A DNA stretch of 64,000 nt from Eledone cirrhosa (taxonomy: Eukaryota), in NCBI GenBank assembly GCA_964016885.1, contig OZ024742.1, forward strand, positions 296,732,001 to 296,796,000, in the 5' to 3' direction. The position numbers and the translations under genes are program-made. This document shows positions 39,331 through 53,288 of the stretch, piece by piece. A model generated the notes under the pieces. That model was not told the DNA's origin. It did no database searches and saw only the letters and a program-made list of their open reading frames with translations. Each line of letters begins with the position of its first letter. Position 1 is the first letter of the stretch.

Positions 39331-40167
39331 AAATGCTTACAATTAGTGTAAACAAAATATAGAAAGACACAAATTACAGAAAGGGACCTGATAAAGTAAA
39401 TACACCAATAACCTTAGATAATTCTACATGTAGAGCATTTATATGGCTGCTGAACTTGTTAGAAATAGCAGGCAAATCAAACTCTGTAATCTTAAATAAG
39501 AATAGTGTGGGGATAGTGTGGTGGTGTGGAGGAGGTGACCGGAAGCTGGGGACGATCGACCGGAGGCGGAAGAGGAAGTGACGCGAAATGCGTACCCGGT
39601 GTGCCCTTTCTCGGGACTGTGACCCTTGACGAACGGACGTGTGACTGTGAGCTGCAACCGACGAATGGATATACCCACGTGGATGAGGCGAGTTTACTGA
39701 GTGAACTAACAGAATTGCGGTAAGTGCAGTAGCTTCCACATTACAAATAGGATACATTGAATTATATAATCCTAGATATACTCTGAAAAAGACAAAGTGG
39801 TTGTGGCTGGAATTACTCTGATCAAAGACACTTTATCTCTCAATCAGAGCTGTGTAAATATGAATGCATATGACTATATATATGTTTTTACATCACAAAA
39901 TTTATAAAGCAAAAGAATAATTTCCAGGATGGAATTGAAACAAAGAACAGACTAATAGAAAGGATTGATAGAATAAGAAATCGTTTTGGAAGTTACTTCT
40001 GTGTCGATCTCATGCATCAACAAAATTTCAGTCAATCTTGAATCTTTCTTATACACATACACTTCTCCAAGACACAAGATTGGTTGTTTATGTATATCAT
40101 CGCACATGTGTAATCAGATGCCAAGGCTGTTTTAGCTATGAGTTTTATCATTTTTATATATAATTTA

Positions 40168-40213
<46 letters not shown>

Positions 40214-41999
40214 GTTATCAAAGCTGCAATTGCACATATGCAACACAAGTCAAATTATTTGAGGTAATTCCTTTATACTCAATGTTACAAGCAATGAATT
40301 CTTTGTTTCAGAGTGGACTTTTGTGATATAGTAAAGAAAGACCAGAAATAATCTTTTAGACTGCATGTATGTCCTTTACAGTAGACAACAACAATAACAA
40401 CAATTATAAGAGGAAAACATATATTTACCCATACTGTAGTGATTTCTGATGCACTATCGGTTGTAGTTACAACATTAACAGTAATTGCATAAGCAAATGG
40501 GACTGGAATCCAATATCATTAGTAGGCATTTGTTGAATCTATCTCGGTTTGACCTTGTATTTCAGATATCACTCACCTAAGCATTAGTTCAGCAGCTTTG
40601 TGGTATCACATAACCTTAAAGAGGAAGGTCGTTTAGCATTTTCGAAGTGGGATTTCATAATTCAATGAACTAAATACAATCAACTAAGCATGAATGCATC
40701 ATCTGGTGCCTAGTCAAAAGAAATCAATTAAATACATATGTTGGCTTAAATACTGCAGGCTTACCTTCCTAGCTCAAACTGGTGGGGTTGGACCATGGAG
40801 ATGGCAGAAACCTAGATGGCATCACAGTCTTCCCAATGGAGACTTCTGACATTGTTGGTCTCTGAATCACTATACTGCTATTGAGGAACATGTTGGATAT
40901 TTATTTCAACACGTCTCCCTAACCATCCTCTGGGTCAGTGTTTTCTCCATTATGTTCAGGCTTGTTGCATTGGAGTAGCAATGTATTTTTTCCCATAACA
41001 CACATCAACTCAACATCCAATAGAAATAAGTAGATGACAAAAATAATTTAATATATATAGGTGATGTCATATTACTAAATAAAACTACATACAAATATTG
41101 TCTGAATACCAAAATATGAAATCTAATTTATATAACATCAGAGATGTCCTCAAAATGGCAGTTGAGAAGCTAAAATACTGAAAGACACCAGACATAAGTC
41201 AATATTTTAAAATTTAAGATAAATTTAATGTGGTTATAACTACATTTTCTGTAATTTTAAGCCTCAATTTGCTATTCTTTTTACACACATAAAATTGTAA
41301 AACATGACTTTAATATATGTATCACAGCTAAAATAAAAATAAAAATACCTTTATCTGCCCTCAAAGAGAATTTATAGCAATTTACATTTCAAATGCAAAA
41401 AAGAACTTAACTAAAAGGGTCAGTTTAAATTTCACAATGTGCCTTCATTTAGTAACATAACTAATTAAAATATTGAATACCTATACACAATACAACATAT
41501 GTTAGAAACTATCTCTGCTAGGAACAATTAGTAATCATTTATTTAATCTATATTTGCTTAATACAGTGGTTTTCAATGTTTCTGTGATCATGTAATCCTA
41601 CAAATTACAAGACACCCTTATGGTCCAAATACCAAATAATAGACAAAGTTTTAATTTCAAAATTTTGAGACACACTTAGCTACTATCTATTACAACCTAG
41701 TAAGAAACCACTAGTTCCTTTTCATATCAACCCATCTAAAACCACTCTAAAATGTTTGGTTTCATTATAATAGCCCACCTGCAACCACCTGAAATGACCT
41801 ATCCATATTAGAATGAGAATAACAACACAAATCTCATTACTATGTCCGTGATAACATGCAACTTAAACGAGTATTAGAGTTGTTCCAACATTTTTTATCA
41901 AAAGATTTGTAGGCACAGAATATTTCTACATTTTTGGATATTTCTACATCAAAACTAGAAAATATGCTGTTAATGTTTATGTTTTAAAGAAAAGGGATA

Positions 42000-42480
42000 C
42001 CAACTTTATAATCCAAATTTGAAGATTTTATAAAAGAAGAGGCTGAAAAAGCAAGTGGAGACTGTCAGAGAACCCCCATGAGAAATTTTGAATCAGATAT
42101 TTCAATTACAGATACTGATAATGAATCCGTTTATAATAACAGCAGTAATAAGGATAATGAAAGTGTGATTTCCAAGAAGAATGAGTGAAAGTTTGGAGGA
42201 AAATTCTCTTCCAAATTTTTCTGAAGAGAGAGAGAGCTTAATCACAATCTTCTTAGTGATCAAAACCTTTTTTTTTCACTTGAAATGTTCTAGGCAATAA
42301 CTGCAGAAAAAAATGTTTCATAGAAGAGAGAAAGTTTATGGCTTCCAGGAGGAAATTTAGGCATATATACTATAAATATTATAATGGGCATTAAGAATCT
42401 GCCTTGGATTATCAACTACAGGAGCACAAATGAGCTTTTGTTGATCCCTCTATATTTCCAGCATAATGACTATATTTCAT
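42000..42480 (+). pseudogene. Decayed piggyBac-like transposase fragment
   Basis: Acidic Ser/Asp-rich leader, then EEI*AYI..NIIMGIKNLPWIINYRST, resembling the piggyBac EIxAFxGxxIxMGIxxLPxIxxYWS block. Confidence 0.45.
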
Positions 42481-42899
42481 AAAACTAGCAGTATAAAACT
42501 AGCAGTACACCAATACTGCTAGTTTTATAAGACATAGCCTATGACACATTATTTAAAGTAATGCCCCTTCAGGATGGTGTTGAAAGTAGATATAAATCCT
42601 ACTACCAATAAAAAAAAAACCAAATGGTTAAAGGGAGGTGGGGTATAATGGTTGGATATGTTTCAACTAATCTATACCAGACATGCCCACAATGTAGGGT
42701 TTCAAGGCTCTTGACTTATTTTTTATATGGGGAGGAGAGACACTGTCTAGTTTCCGATTTTTTAATTTTGTTTATCTGTAATTTTAATTTACTCTTATAT
42801 CTCCAATAATTGTCCCCTCCCCTTTCTGCGTATTCATTTTTCAGATCCCCCTCCCACTTATTAAATTTTGCTAATTTATATCTGGCAAAATTTTATTTT

Positions 42900-42991
42900 A
42901 AGTGATTATACATGTCAATAAAAAGTGATTATACATGTTAATAAAAAGTGATTATACATGTTAATAAAAAGTGATTATACATGTTAATAAA
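42900..42991. repeat. 23-bp tandem repeat x4
   Basis: aagtgattatacatgttaataaa four times, one substitution. Confidence 0.95.
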
Positions 42992-44533
42992 AAAAATCAA
43001 AAAAAATCCCATACATTATAATAGAAATTTGAATATTGGGGGGTCTCAATATGTATACTAAACTACTAATTTTGGTTTTTAAACAACCTAGAAAAATTAT
43101 CGATTTTCTACATCACTTACCACTTATTCTAACCCTCTCCCTATTATTTGTGATTTGAGAGTACTTGTAAGGTGAGTGACATTATGATTAATGAATCGTA
43201 ATTATGTGTATTTATGTGTGAGTTTCTGTTTGTAGTTAAGTATAGGCGAGTGAACTTATTTTATATTGTGGTTTCTTCAAACATAAATTCTATTACATTA
43301 TTTTTATAGTGAACCAGTTTATGGAGTCATGTTCAATTAAAAATTCAATAATGTGCACAATTCTTCTATATTGCAATTTTGTTGTGTAACCATTTGAATA
43401 TTGACTAATATTTCATTTTATATCGAGATATTCAAACAAAATTAAAATAGGTGTCAAAAAAACTATATGTGTTTGCCTATATTGAGTTCCAGCACAGAGC
43501 AAGGTAAAGGAGCACTGACTTGATAACGACCTGAGTCAGAAATGATGTTGCCATCAGTTACCCACCCTTTGCTTATGCTGGAATCTGCTAAATTGTGCTG
43601 CGTCATCAGTTTCCAAATTCATAGCTGAAGGTTTTCAAAATGTTTATTCATAAACATACCGTATATCACTCAATATACAAAATATGCATACTTATAAAAA
43701 ATACAACTATGTTAGAGCGAACACTTTAAAAATTAAAATAATTTAACATTCTACAAAATTTATCTGTAGTTACCTGTAATGGGAGAATTTTTGAAACAAA
43801 AATTATGTAATAGATTTATCTAAGAACCTTCTGATAAGTTGTGTCCCATATAGCACATACTATATCAATAAACAAAAACCAGCTTTCTATTGATATTAAA
43901 ATCTTCCACCATAATTGTATATAAGAACCATATATCAAGTTATTATCTAAGAAAATAATTATTAACTTTAGTAAATCCCTCAAAATTCTTCATTAATGAA
44001 TTGCAGTAGACTGTATTTCATGAGGAATAAGGTCATGAAAAGGTTAATGAAAGTGGTGTAATAAATGTATTCAACTGATTCACTTATCATAATTAGAAAT
44101 ATTCAACTACAGATAGACAAACCTAATGTCTCTGAGGGAAATGGTCACAAAGTTTAGGTAACTATACATTTCAATGGTTTTGGCAATATATATATATAAG
44201 GAAATAATTACAAGCAAGCTTTGTATTTGGATTGGTAGGAATGTAACTTCTACTATATCTCAGTTGACTGTTATTACATACCATTGCAAATTTCCTGAGT
44301 ATCAATTTTCTTAATTCATATTACCATGCCATTCTAATTTATTTCACCCTGGTTCCCATACTTACAGTATTATGACAGTTTATTTGTTGGAGCAATTATT
44401 CTTACAGACCGTTAACTCCTTACTAAAGTAAGCTTAAACTTAAAATGGAAGTTGATATTTATTTTCAGCCAAGCAAAATAAAGGAAGTAGTGCAATGTGA
44501 GTTGTTTGGGGATATAGCACAAATGGCAGTTGA

Positions 44534-44819
44534 ATGATTTGAACTGATGAATATGTAATAATTCTTTCTACTTTTGGCACAAGGCCAGCAATTACCCAGT
44601 GCATTACTGGTATTTTATTTTATCGACCCCGTAAGGATGAAAGGCAAAGTTAACCTCGGCAGGATTTGAACTCAGATCAGAGTTCAAATCCTGCCAAGAT
44701 TAACTTTGCCTTTCATCCTTACGGGGTCGATAAAATAAAGTACCAGTAATGCACTGGGTAATTGCTGGCCTTGTGCCAAAAGTAGAAAGAATTATTACAT
44801 ATTCATCAGTTCAAATCAT
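44534..44819. mobile_element. Fold-back SINE A palindrome including inverted flanking DNA
   Basis: ~140-bp arms with few mismatches, loop agatca; the outer ~27 bp of each arm are non-SINE. Confidence 0.9.
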
Positions 44820-45747
44820 GAATGAATATGTAATAATAATCCCAGCATCTAAATGCATTGCTATAAGTACTCTTGACCACTATCCATCTCAGCAGAGCTT
44901 AGGTTCATCTGGGATGTCAGGAATAGAAGTCATAAATGGAAATATTGTTGCAACAAAATAGATAACATTGACAGAGATGAAATACCAAAGGATTAGACAA
45001 ACGACTGACTGACTGCATATCAAACCATTAGGTTAAAGCTCTATACACATAAGGTGTCAGAATCTATTTCTCTAAAACTGCAGTAAATCCAGAGATGTAT
45101 ATTCACAGTTGAACTACTAGATATAAATAAAAGACATTGTTAAACTATCTCTAATTACACCACTGTATTTTAACAGGGGACGTGCCACTGCAAAGGAATA
45201 CTAGAAAGTTGGATTATATATCAAAAGTAACTAGTTGGCTTTGTTGAGAGAAAGAAGCATCATTCCTTCCAAAAGTATCTCAAGTAATTGAGAAAGCCTT
45301 TGTTCAGTTTATTGTTTTGTAAAGTAAGGGAATTTCTTTTAGAGGATAATATTTCATTGTAGAATATTCCAAGAAAACATTTGTTTTATAAATCTCTCAA
45401 TACTGGCAATAACTTCTTATTAATGTTGTCGAAAATATAGATTATTGGATCTGTAGTGAAAATAATCACTTCACCTTTAACACACAGGATTTTAGTAGAT
45501 AGCTTTGAATTAGTTACAAACCCTGTCAATGTGAAAGTAACAATTTGACATCATTTCTCATGTGATAAAGAGACAAAATTTGGTCTTAATAAATACACTT
45601 GGTAATATGATGAGGGAAAATAATATATCAAATTGACAATTTAACTATTATTTCTTGCATTTAAAGGACTGAACTCTATAGTTATACTGACATTGTTTCA
45701 TAATATGTTGGAAATAAATTAAGGAGTCAGCAATTGTGAACAATATA

Positions 45748-45932
45748 ATTGTTTCTATTTTAGGCACAAGGCCAGCAATTACCCAGTACATTACTGGTAC
45801 TTTATTTTATCGACCCCGTAAGGATGAAAAGCAAAGTTAACCTCGGCCGGATTTGAACCTCTACGGTCTTGATATTTCAATTCCAGTATTGACTGCCAAT
45901 ACTGGAATTGAAATATAAAGACCGTAGAGGTA
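45748..45932 (-). mobile_element. 5'-truncated SINE A joined to a ~75-bp hairpin
   Basis: SINE ends at the B box (ggatttgaac), followed by acctctacggtctt.atatttcaattccagtattg-actgc-caatactggaattgaaatat.aagaccgtagaggt. Confidence 0.85.
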
Positions 45933-48754
45933 TGTCATATATCAAATCATATATTTTATCTGACGAGGACGTGCTGAAAAAACAACACAGTACCTTTGAA
46001 ATATATATAATAAAGCATATATTTTGATTATGTGAATATCTTCATTTGTTAATATTTTGAATAATATTAAAAACTCCAGGAAAATGTTCTTGTTGAGTGC
46101 TTTTAATCTATTGTAAAACTGTATTGATTGAGTAATCAATGAACCATATTAATCTTTGGTATATATATATATAATATCTTTGTCATTATCATCATAATCA
46201 TTTTATGTCTACTTTTCACACTGGCATGAGTTGGACAGATTGTCAGTGAAGTTAGAGTCAACCTATCTTGTTCATATGTTCCATATTTGGCATGGTTTCT
46301 AAGGTTGAATGCCTTTCCTAATGCCAACCATCTTCAGCACTACCACTTTACAGAGTGAACTAGGTGCATTTTACCGTGGTAACAATGCTATCACTTTACA
46401 AGATGAACTAGGTAAATTTTATGACACCAGTATTAGAGAGGTTGTCTCATGCTCAGCCAGACTAAAGAGTTCTCTCACACTCTATAAAGCTGTTGGCATT
46501 TGAATAACAACATATATTATAGATATTTCTTTGGTAGCATTAAGCACATAACTTTTCTTCTGTTAGTGCCATGATAAAATACACTCAGTAAACTCTATAA
46601 AATGTTTGTTGTTAGGAAAAGCATAGCAACCATGTCAAAAATGAAATTATTGAGTGTGATGTGGTTCCCCAAACCATCTAGGAAGATAGAAGTTCCTATA
46701 AAGTAATGCAACATGGAAAAACACATAAAAAGGATGATGATAATGATGATGAATCCTGAAATAGAAATACGTTTTCATATCCTGGATTTATTTATATTTA
46801 TTTTGATATATTTAGACTTCAAACTGTTTTTGGACAGTTAGATTACATATATATATAGCTTTAAAGCTATAAAATTTGTAGAACACTTTCATAGTTGCCT
46901 GCCTTGTGATTCATTGTCTTAACATATTTAGATGAATAACTATATATTAGTTTAGAATTATGCGAAGAAAAACATTATTGGGGTTAAAGGCGCTATGTTC
47001 TTTTATTCAGTTATGTTAATAGATTACCCATCTTGCATAAATATCACATAAAAGATTCTTATACGCTATTGATTATGTATACTCTCATAAAATTATTTTC
47101 AAGTTTTAGTATTAACAGCAAACTAAAATGAAAGAAAATTATAACAAAACAAGTCTTGTGCAAATTTGAATGAATTGCATATGAGAACATTTAAAAGGTT
47201 AAACAGGCTTTCAACAAATGAAAATATCATTGCACGTTTCATTAACACATATAAGGTTACAAGCAAATGAGGAAGCCTTTACAAACTTGTCTGACATTTT
47301 AACAATAGCAGCCAAATCCTACTCAAATCCTACACTACCATCTTAAAAAGGAAATAACATATTAGATAATGCAGTCTTCTATATCCCTTAAAAAAAAACA
47401 CATTCAAATTGAAATTACTTCTTGCAGTTGAATGATGGATTTATAGGTGAAATAGACAGAAGCATTTAAATGTTACACCCTGTCACAAAGATATAAGAGT
47501 CAAGAATAAGTTTCTATCATGTGGTCTAAATATGTATCATTAGAAAGAGAACCTCAGTTTTTAAACAAACAAAAAATAAACAACAGAAGCATAGGATTAT
47601 ACAATAAAAGCAGAACAAACAATTTTTTCACAAAAATTGTTAGAATATGAGGCAAAATACCACACAGAGTTTATTCCAACACTAATAAGGTTGTTATGTT
47701 AATGGCCAGACTAAAAGGTTCTGTCATCCATACCCTGTCTCCATTCATCCATTCATCAAACATGTTATAGAGTCTACTGGGTGTGTTTCATCGTGGCACA
47801 AGTACAAATGAGGCTGCCTTGTTCTCATCAAGACAAAAGAGCTCTCACTACTCTAGGGTAGCTCTGCTTATTTACATACAGGAAATTACAGTAAAAAATA
47901 TCAGCAGAGATAACAAACGTGAAGTATTGTCAACTTTGCATTAGATCTTTTCAGAACTGATAAATAAGGTTCAATTTGAAGGAGGAGGATTTGCAGAATT
48001 GTCAGAATATTGGATGAGATTTCTTGCAATATTTGCTCCAGATCTTTGAATGGACAGATCTTTGAATGGACAGGTAGGTCTAAAAGCAGCATGCAGTATT
48101 GAAAAATGGCTGGACACTATAATTGTAATATATTTGGCAAAGCACTCAATATATTGGCTCTCTACAACATATCTGCAACAAAAAATAAAACACGACAGTA
48201 AAACAAAACAAAAGAAGCCATAATCAATGGGAAAATTCTCTAGAGAATTCCAAGAGAAAAATTACATTAGTTAGATTCCAAATATTTATAACAGAAAACC
48301 TTATAATCTCTCAGGAAATCCTATTATCAAACTGATAAGCATCATCATCTGTCATAGATTTGTCAACTTATATACAAACATTTTACTTTTGTTTTGTGCG
48401 TATATTGTTTCTTGTTTATGTCATACTAATTCATATAATTATATAAAAATTTCGTTTCTGAATTTGTTTAAATACAAATTATGTGGCGTATTTTACACCT
48501 GATATAAATATATAGTGAGCTTCCAAATAGAAAAAACATATATACATGTTTATTTTCAATGTAGAGACAATAAAAAAGAAGGGGGAACAAAAAGAAAGAA
48601 AGAAGTAAAAGATCGAGAAGGAGAGGGAAAGAGCTCTAGTGTCACAGAAGAGAGAGGAGAGCTGAAGTGGGAGGGTGATTGAGCTTTGGGCCTCGGGCAA
48701 GAGGCAAAGTGCTGTGCCCCACTGACAAGACAATATATATATATATATATATAT

Positions 48755-51700
48755 AAATATTCAGTAGTTAAGCAAATCAAGACCACAAGCTCACATAGAA
48801 GACATTAGTCGAAAAGTATCAACATTAAGTGCAGTTTAATATAAAAAGGGGGTAATAATGTCAGTTTACAATTGTTTCACTACTCCATATAATGTTTCTG
48901 GATCAATCGATGGTAATATCGTTATTGATTTGGTGCAGAGAAAGATAATTAACATAGAATAATATTATGGAGCAGCTCCTCAGAACTTGAAGTAAGATAA
49001 TGAAAATATTAATATGTATAAAGTAGAAATAAAATAAAATAAAATAAGAGGGTTACGTGTCCGTAAATAATCGTCAGATTAGCAGGTCCCTAGATGGGGT
49101 CCCTTGGCACTGGAAAATTCAAGTGTATGTTATAAAGAACCGCTACGTATCTGAGGAGGCTGAAAGTAAACAATGCCGCCAAACGCACAAGATAGCTTCT
49201 TGTAGTGAAATTACCTTATTTTACAGAGATGGGTTTCAGGGAGGCAACTCCTTGAAGATCCAAATGCGACAATGAGAGTTGTAACAAAGATAATGTCAAA
49301 GAGGTAGCTTATCGGTAAAGTTATAATGAGATATGTGACTGAGATAATACAGGGAGGTAACTTATAGGTGTTTACGTGGTGGACTAAATATGTTTTAGTT
49401 TGTTAGTTATAGGGAGGAACGTGATTAAATGATAGGCTAAGGTGGGTCAAATATTCTGTTAGCGAAGGAGCTCGCTCTGCGGTGGTGGCAGTTGATGACC
49501 AACTCATTCCTGTCATTTATGGGGGGTGGCTTTGACAGAGCTATGTGATAGGCCTCGGTGAGACAGAGATCGCAACAATTTCTCTCCCGTTAAACGCTGG
49601 AGATCTAGCCAAGATAACCTAAGTTAGTGAATGTTCAATGTTGGCCAGTTTAAGGTTTTTAACGAGCCTAGCTAGAGAAGTAGAGCATCTATGGCCAGGG
49701 TCGCGGAAGGAAAATAAGTGCGCGTTATGTCGAACCTTAAATGGGTTAAATGTAGAGCCAATATAGGAGCTAGGAGATGAAGCCGTTCTAACGATGCACC
49801 TATATACGATATTGGGTGTAAGGCACTGCCCGTTAAGCGGGCATGCAGTGGGGTTATGGCAGTTGCAATCAGGATTGCGATTAGTGGGAGCAGGGTTGTT
49901 TAAGCTGTGCTGCTGGTGTGTACTAATGGGATTGGAGAGGGGGTTCTGCTACTAGGATGAGTATTGATGTAGTTGCATGGTGTACTTATAGGGGGAGGGG
50001 CAGCATGGGGGGGGGTATATTTTTTAGTTTATGATGATTGCTAAATGCGATGTGGCTAGCTAAGTTCGGTGTGGTGGAAGAGATTTTAATATTGTTTTTA
50101 TTAAAGAGTTTGTAATATCTATGGTTGGCGGGGGGGGGGGTTAGATAGGATGGAGAAGCGTTTAGGGATGTTAGTAGTTAAAGTAGAGGAGAAGGGGGGT
50201 TCGCCAGGTGATTGTTTTAGGCCTGTTACTTCTGTGGGGTCTAGCAGGGGCATTAGTAGGGCTATTATTGCCAATGTGCTTGCTAATGGTCAGCCTATTA
50301 TTCTTTCCTATTCTAGGGTTGATTCTGATTCTGCTACTAGGAGTAGGGAGTAGTCCTCTGCCACTATTACGATTACTTATATAGGTATTGGTAAGCCTAA
50401 ATTTCCGACAAATCTGGCTAAATGCTAATGCGTTTCTAGTTCTATTGTTAAAGTAATTGGACTTGTGGTGAAGTCTGTGTTATGGCCTTTAGGTATGTAG
50501 TAGATAGATTTGCATAACCAGACTCAGAAAGGGCCTTATTATAATATGCTGCATGGGCATTAAATATCTCCTCGTTGGCGGATAGCATTGAAATCCTATA
50601 TGAGATAGAATTAAAGACCGCTCTGATGACTGCGGGCTAATATAAGTAAGTATCTCACCTTGTTTATGATAAGGGTAATATGACTTGTTAGTAAGATCAA
50701 GGGTGACATCTAGGAAATTCACTACCTTATGGTTAGGTTCGATGGTAATAGATAGACCGTTATTTTTAAAGAATCTATATAGTTGTTTTTTGAGCAAATC
50801 AATGCCGCGATTCGTGCAGTTGTGGACTGAAAATAGGGCGTCGTCCCTATATAATCCACCTTGCAAAATTGGGAGCTCAGCGCTAATGTTATGTAAGAGG
50901 TAGATTCCAACTAAGTCTGTGACTTGCGTAGAATCACTAGAGCCCATTGTGATGTCAAAGTTATCGGTTCTGTCTTTTCTTGTCCAGAACGAGCCATTGA
51001 ACTCAATAATGATCTGCCTAGCCATAAGAATGATGTCAATCTCTTTATAAGTTATGTTTGACTTAGTGCGAGCTAAGGTTAATGCTTTGTTAGGCAGTGC
51101 CGGGGATATGGAAGCGTAGTAACTGTCAATGTCGAATTGGAGAAACCTCATCGAGTCTATGGACCCAAGATCTGAGAACCATCCTGGCCGGTGTTAGACC
51201 ACGGTTTATAGGTGATACTGTCTCGCATTCCAGGGATGATCCTATCGAGAATGTTCTTGCTGATACGACCCAAGTCAGAGGTGGTTGGGCTAATAAGCTT
51301 AATAGAAAGGTTCTCAATAAAGTTGGGCTTATGATCCTTGAGAGAGAATCTTGGTGTTGTGGGTACATATGGGTAGCTGAATCTGTCAAGATGTAAATCC
51401 TTAACCAAGGCCTGGGCTTTGCGGTTAAGTAAATTTACACTGGAGGGTTTAGTTTTTTTATAATTCTTATTGAGCTCTTTAAGGAGGAAAGAGTTGTAAG
51501 TTTAAGGAGGCCATGGTATATAGATTTTTAGTTTTATCAACATAACATGTGGCTATTTTTAAAGTTTTTGATGGTTTTTGTTAATTTTGCGAGGAAGTTA
51601 TTATTATGCCGATTCTGCTTGTTGAATTTAATGATCCTGGTTAGATTAAAGAGGTCCTTCTCAAATGGGTCCAGCAGGATTTTATGTGGTGGGTTCTTGC

Positions 51701-52388
51701 ATGTGGTAAAACCATATCTATCGACAGTACTTCCGGCGTCAGTGGACGTTACTCTGTCAAAGTGGAAAGCCTTCCATCGTACCCTCCGGATAAATGATAC
51801 TCTGTATTAGGAGTTTGAGGTAGGTCTTCTTGTCCGGGATGGGAATGGACTTAAGTGAGATCCTGAGTTCTTGTTTGGATCTTCAAGGAGTTGCCTCCCT
51901 TGAAACCCATCTCTGTACAATAAGGCAATTTCCCTACAAGAAGCCATCTTGTTGTGCGTTTGGCGGCATTGTTTACTTTCAGCATCCACAGATATGTACC
52001 GGTTCTTTATAACATACACTTGAATTTTCCAGTGCCAAGCGACCCCATCTAGGGACCTGCTAATCTGACGATTATTTACGGACACGTAACCCTCTTATTT
52101 TATTTTATTTTATTTCTACTTTATACATATTAATATTTTCATTATCTTACTTCAAGTTCTGAGGAGCTGCTCCATAATATTATTCTATATTAATTATCTT
52201 TCTCTGCACCAAATCAATAACGATATTACCATCGATTGATCCAGAAACATTATATGGAGTAGTGAAACAATTGTAAACTGACATTATTACCCTCTTTTTT
52301 ATATTAAACTGCACTTAATGTTGAAACTTTTCGACTAATGTCTTCTATGTGAGCTTGTGGTCTTGATTTGCTTAACTACCGAATATTT
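48755..52388 (-). mobile_element. Near full-length Penelope-like element (possibly Nematis-like) between ~510-bp inverted repeats
   Basis: Inverted repeats 48755-49264 and 51874-52388; disrupted RT plus GIY-YIG ORF between them; (TA)n nearby on both sides. Confidence 0.9.
49440..51910 (-). pseudogene. Frameshifted PLE ORF: RT plus C-terminal GIY-YIG endonuclease
   Basis: SIPIPDKKTY...FIRRVRWKAFHF; FLQFDIDSYYASI; FDITMGSSDS; GGLYRDD; VVNFLDVTLDL; CNCHNPTACPLNGQCLTPNIVY...SYIGSTFNPFKVRHNAH...CDLCLTE at ~49500-49870. Confidence 0.9.
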
Positions 52389-53154
52389 CCAGCTCTGTAC
52401 ACCTAACCTCCACATGAACCCGGTTTTCCAACTGCTTTCCACTGCATATTGCACATTGAGCACCCACTTCTAAGCTTTGGCTTCTAATATCTTCACCAAT
52501 CTCTCCTATCCTACCACTATCTCTCTATTTAAGATTGGTTTACTCTTGAACTGTCTATATATATATAAATATATATATATATACATATTCAAGTAGTGTA
52601 AGGCGGAGTTACTGCAGGTTCACCCGAGTGAGCACTGTATGTTTAGGGCCACGTTAGTATCGGGGTGTAGAGCTAGAAAGAGTGTAATATGATAATACAA
52701 GGGTGAATGGTTACTCCTTCATTATGTTTATTGGTTGGTGATGCGCGTTTCGCTACTGATCAGCTCAAGGTTCAATCTGATGCCATGTATATTCATTCTG
52801 TCATCACTACCACAGAGGCCCAACGAGCTTTTAATTTCAGAGTCAGGCTAGATCGATACAGATCGAACCTTGAGCTGATCAGCAGCGAAACACATCCCAG
52901 CATAGAAAGTAGACAAAATAGGATGATGAAATGTTAAAAGGTAACTTCATGATTTCATTGCGTTTATTATAATATATATTATATATGCAAACTACCTGCA
53001 TCAGTTGTTAGCTGTCCAGGCCCTGCATCCTTTAAAACCTCCATGCTTCCTGAGATTCGCCAACACTGCACCTGATGTCGCCCCCTCCACGCACACTGTT
53101 CATTTTCCTGACATTTGAACATTATTCTATGTACCTCACTTCACGCATAGAGTT

Positions 53155-53288
53155 ATGGCCTTTGCCATTCTGAGTTCAAATCCGGCCGAGGTTAACTTTG
53201 CCTTTCATCCTTACGAGGTCGATAAAATGAAGTATCAGTAATGCACTGGTTAATTGCTGGCCTTGTCCCAAAAGTAGAAACAATTATT
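53155..53288 (+). mobile_element. SINE family A, 5'-truncated
   Basis: B box through tail. Confidence 0.85.

Noticed and set aside
47900-48190. Possible minus-strand host exon after a ttttgttgcag acceptor
   Set aside because: About 65 open codons with no recognisable domain and no partner exons; cannot be supported.
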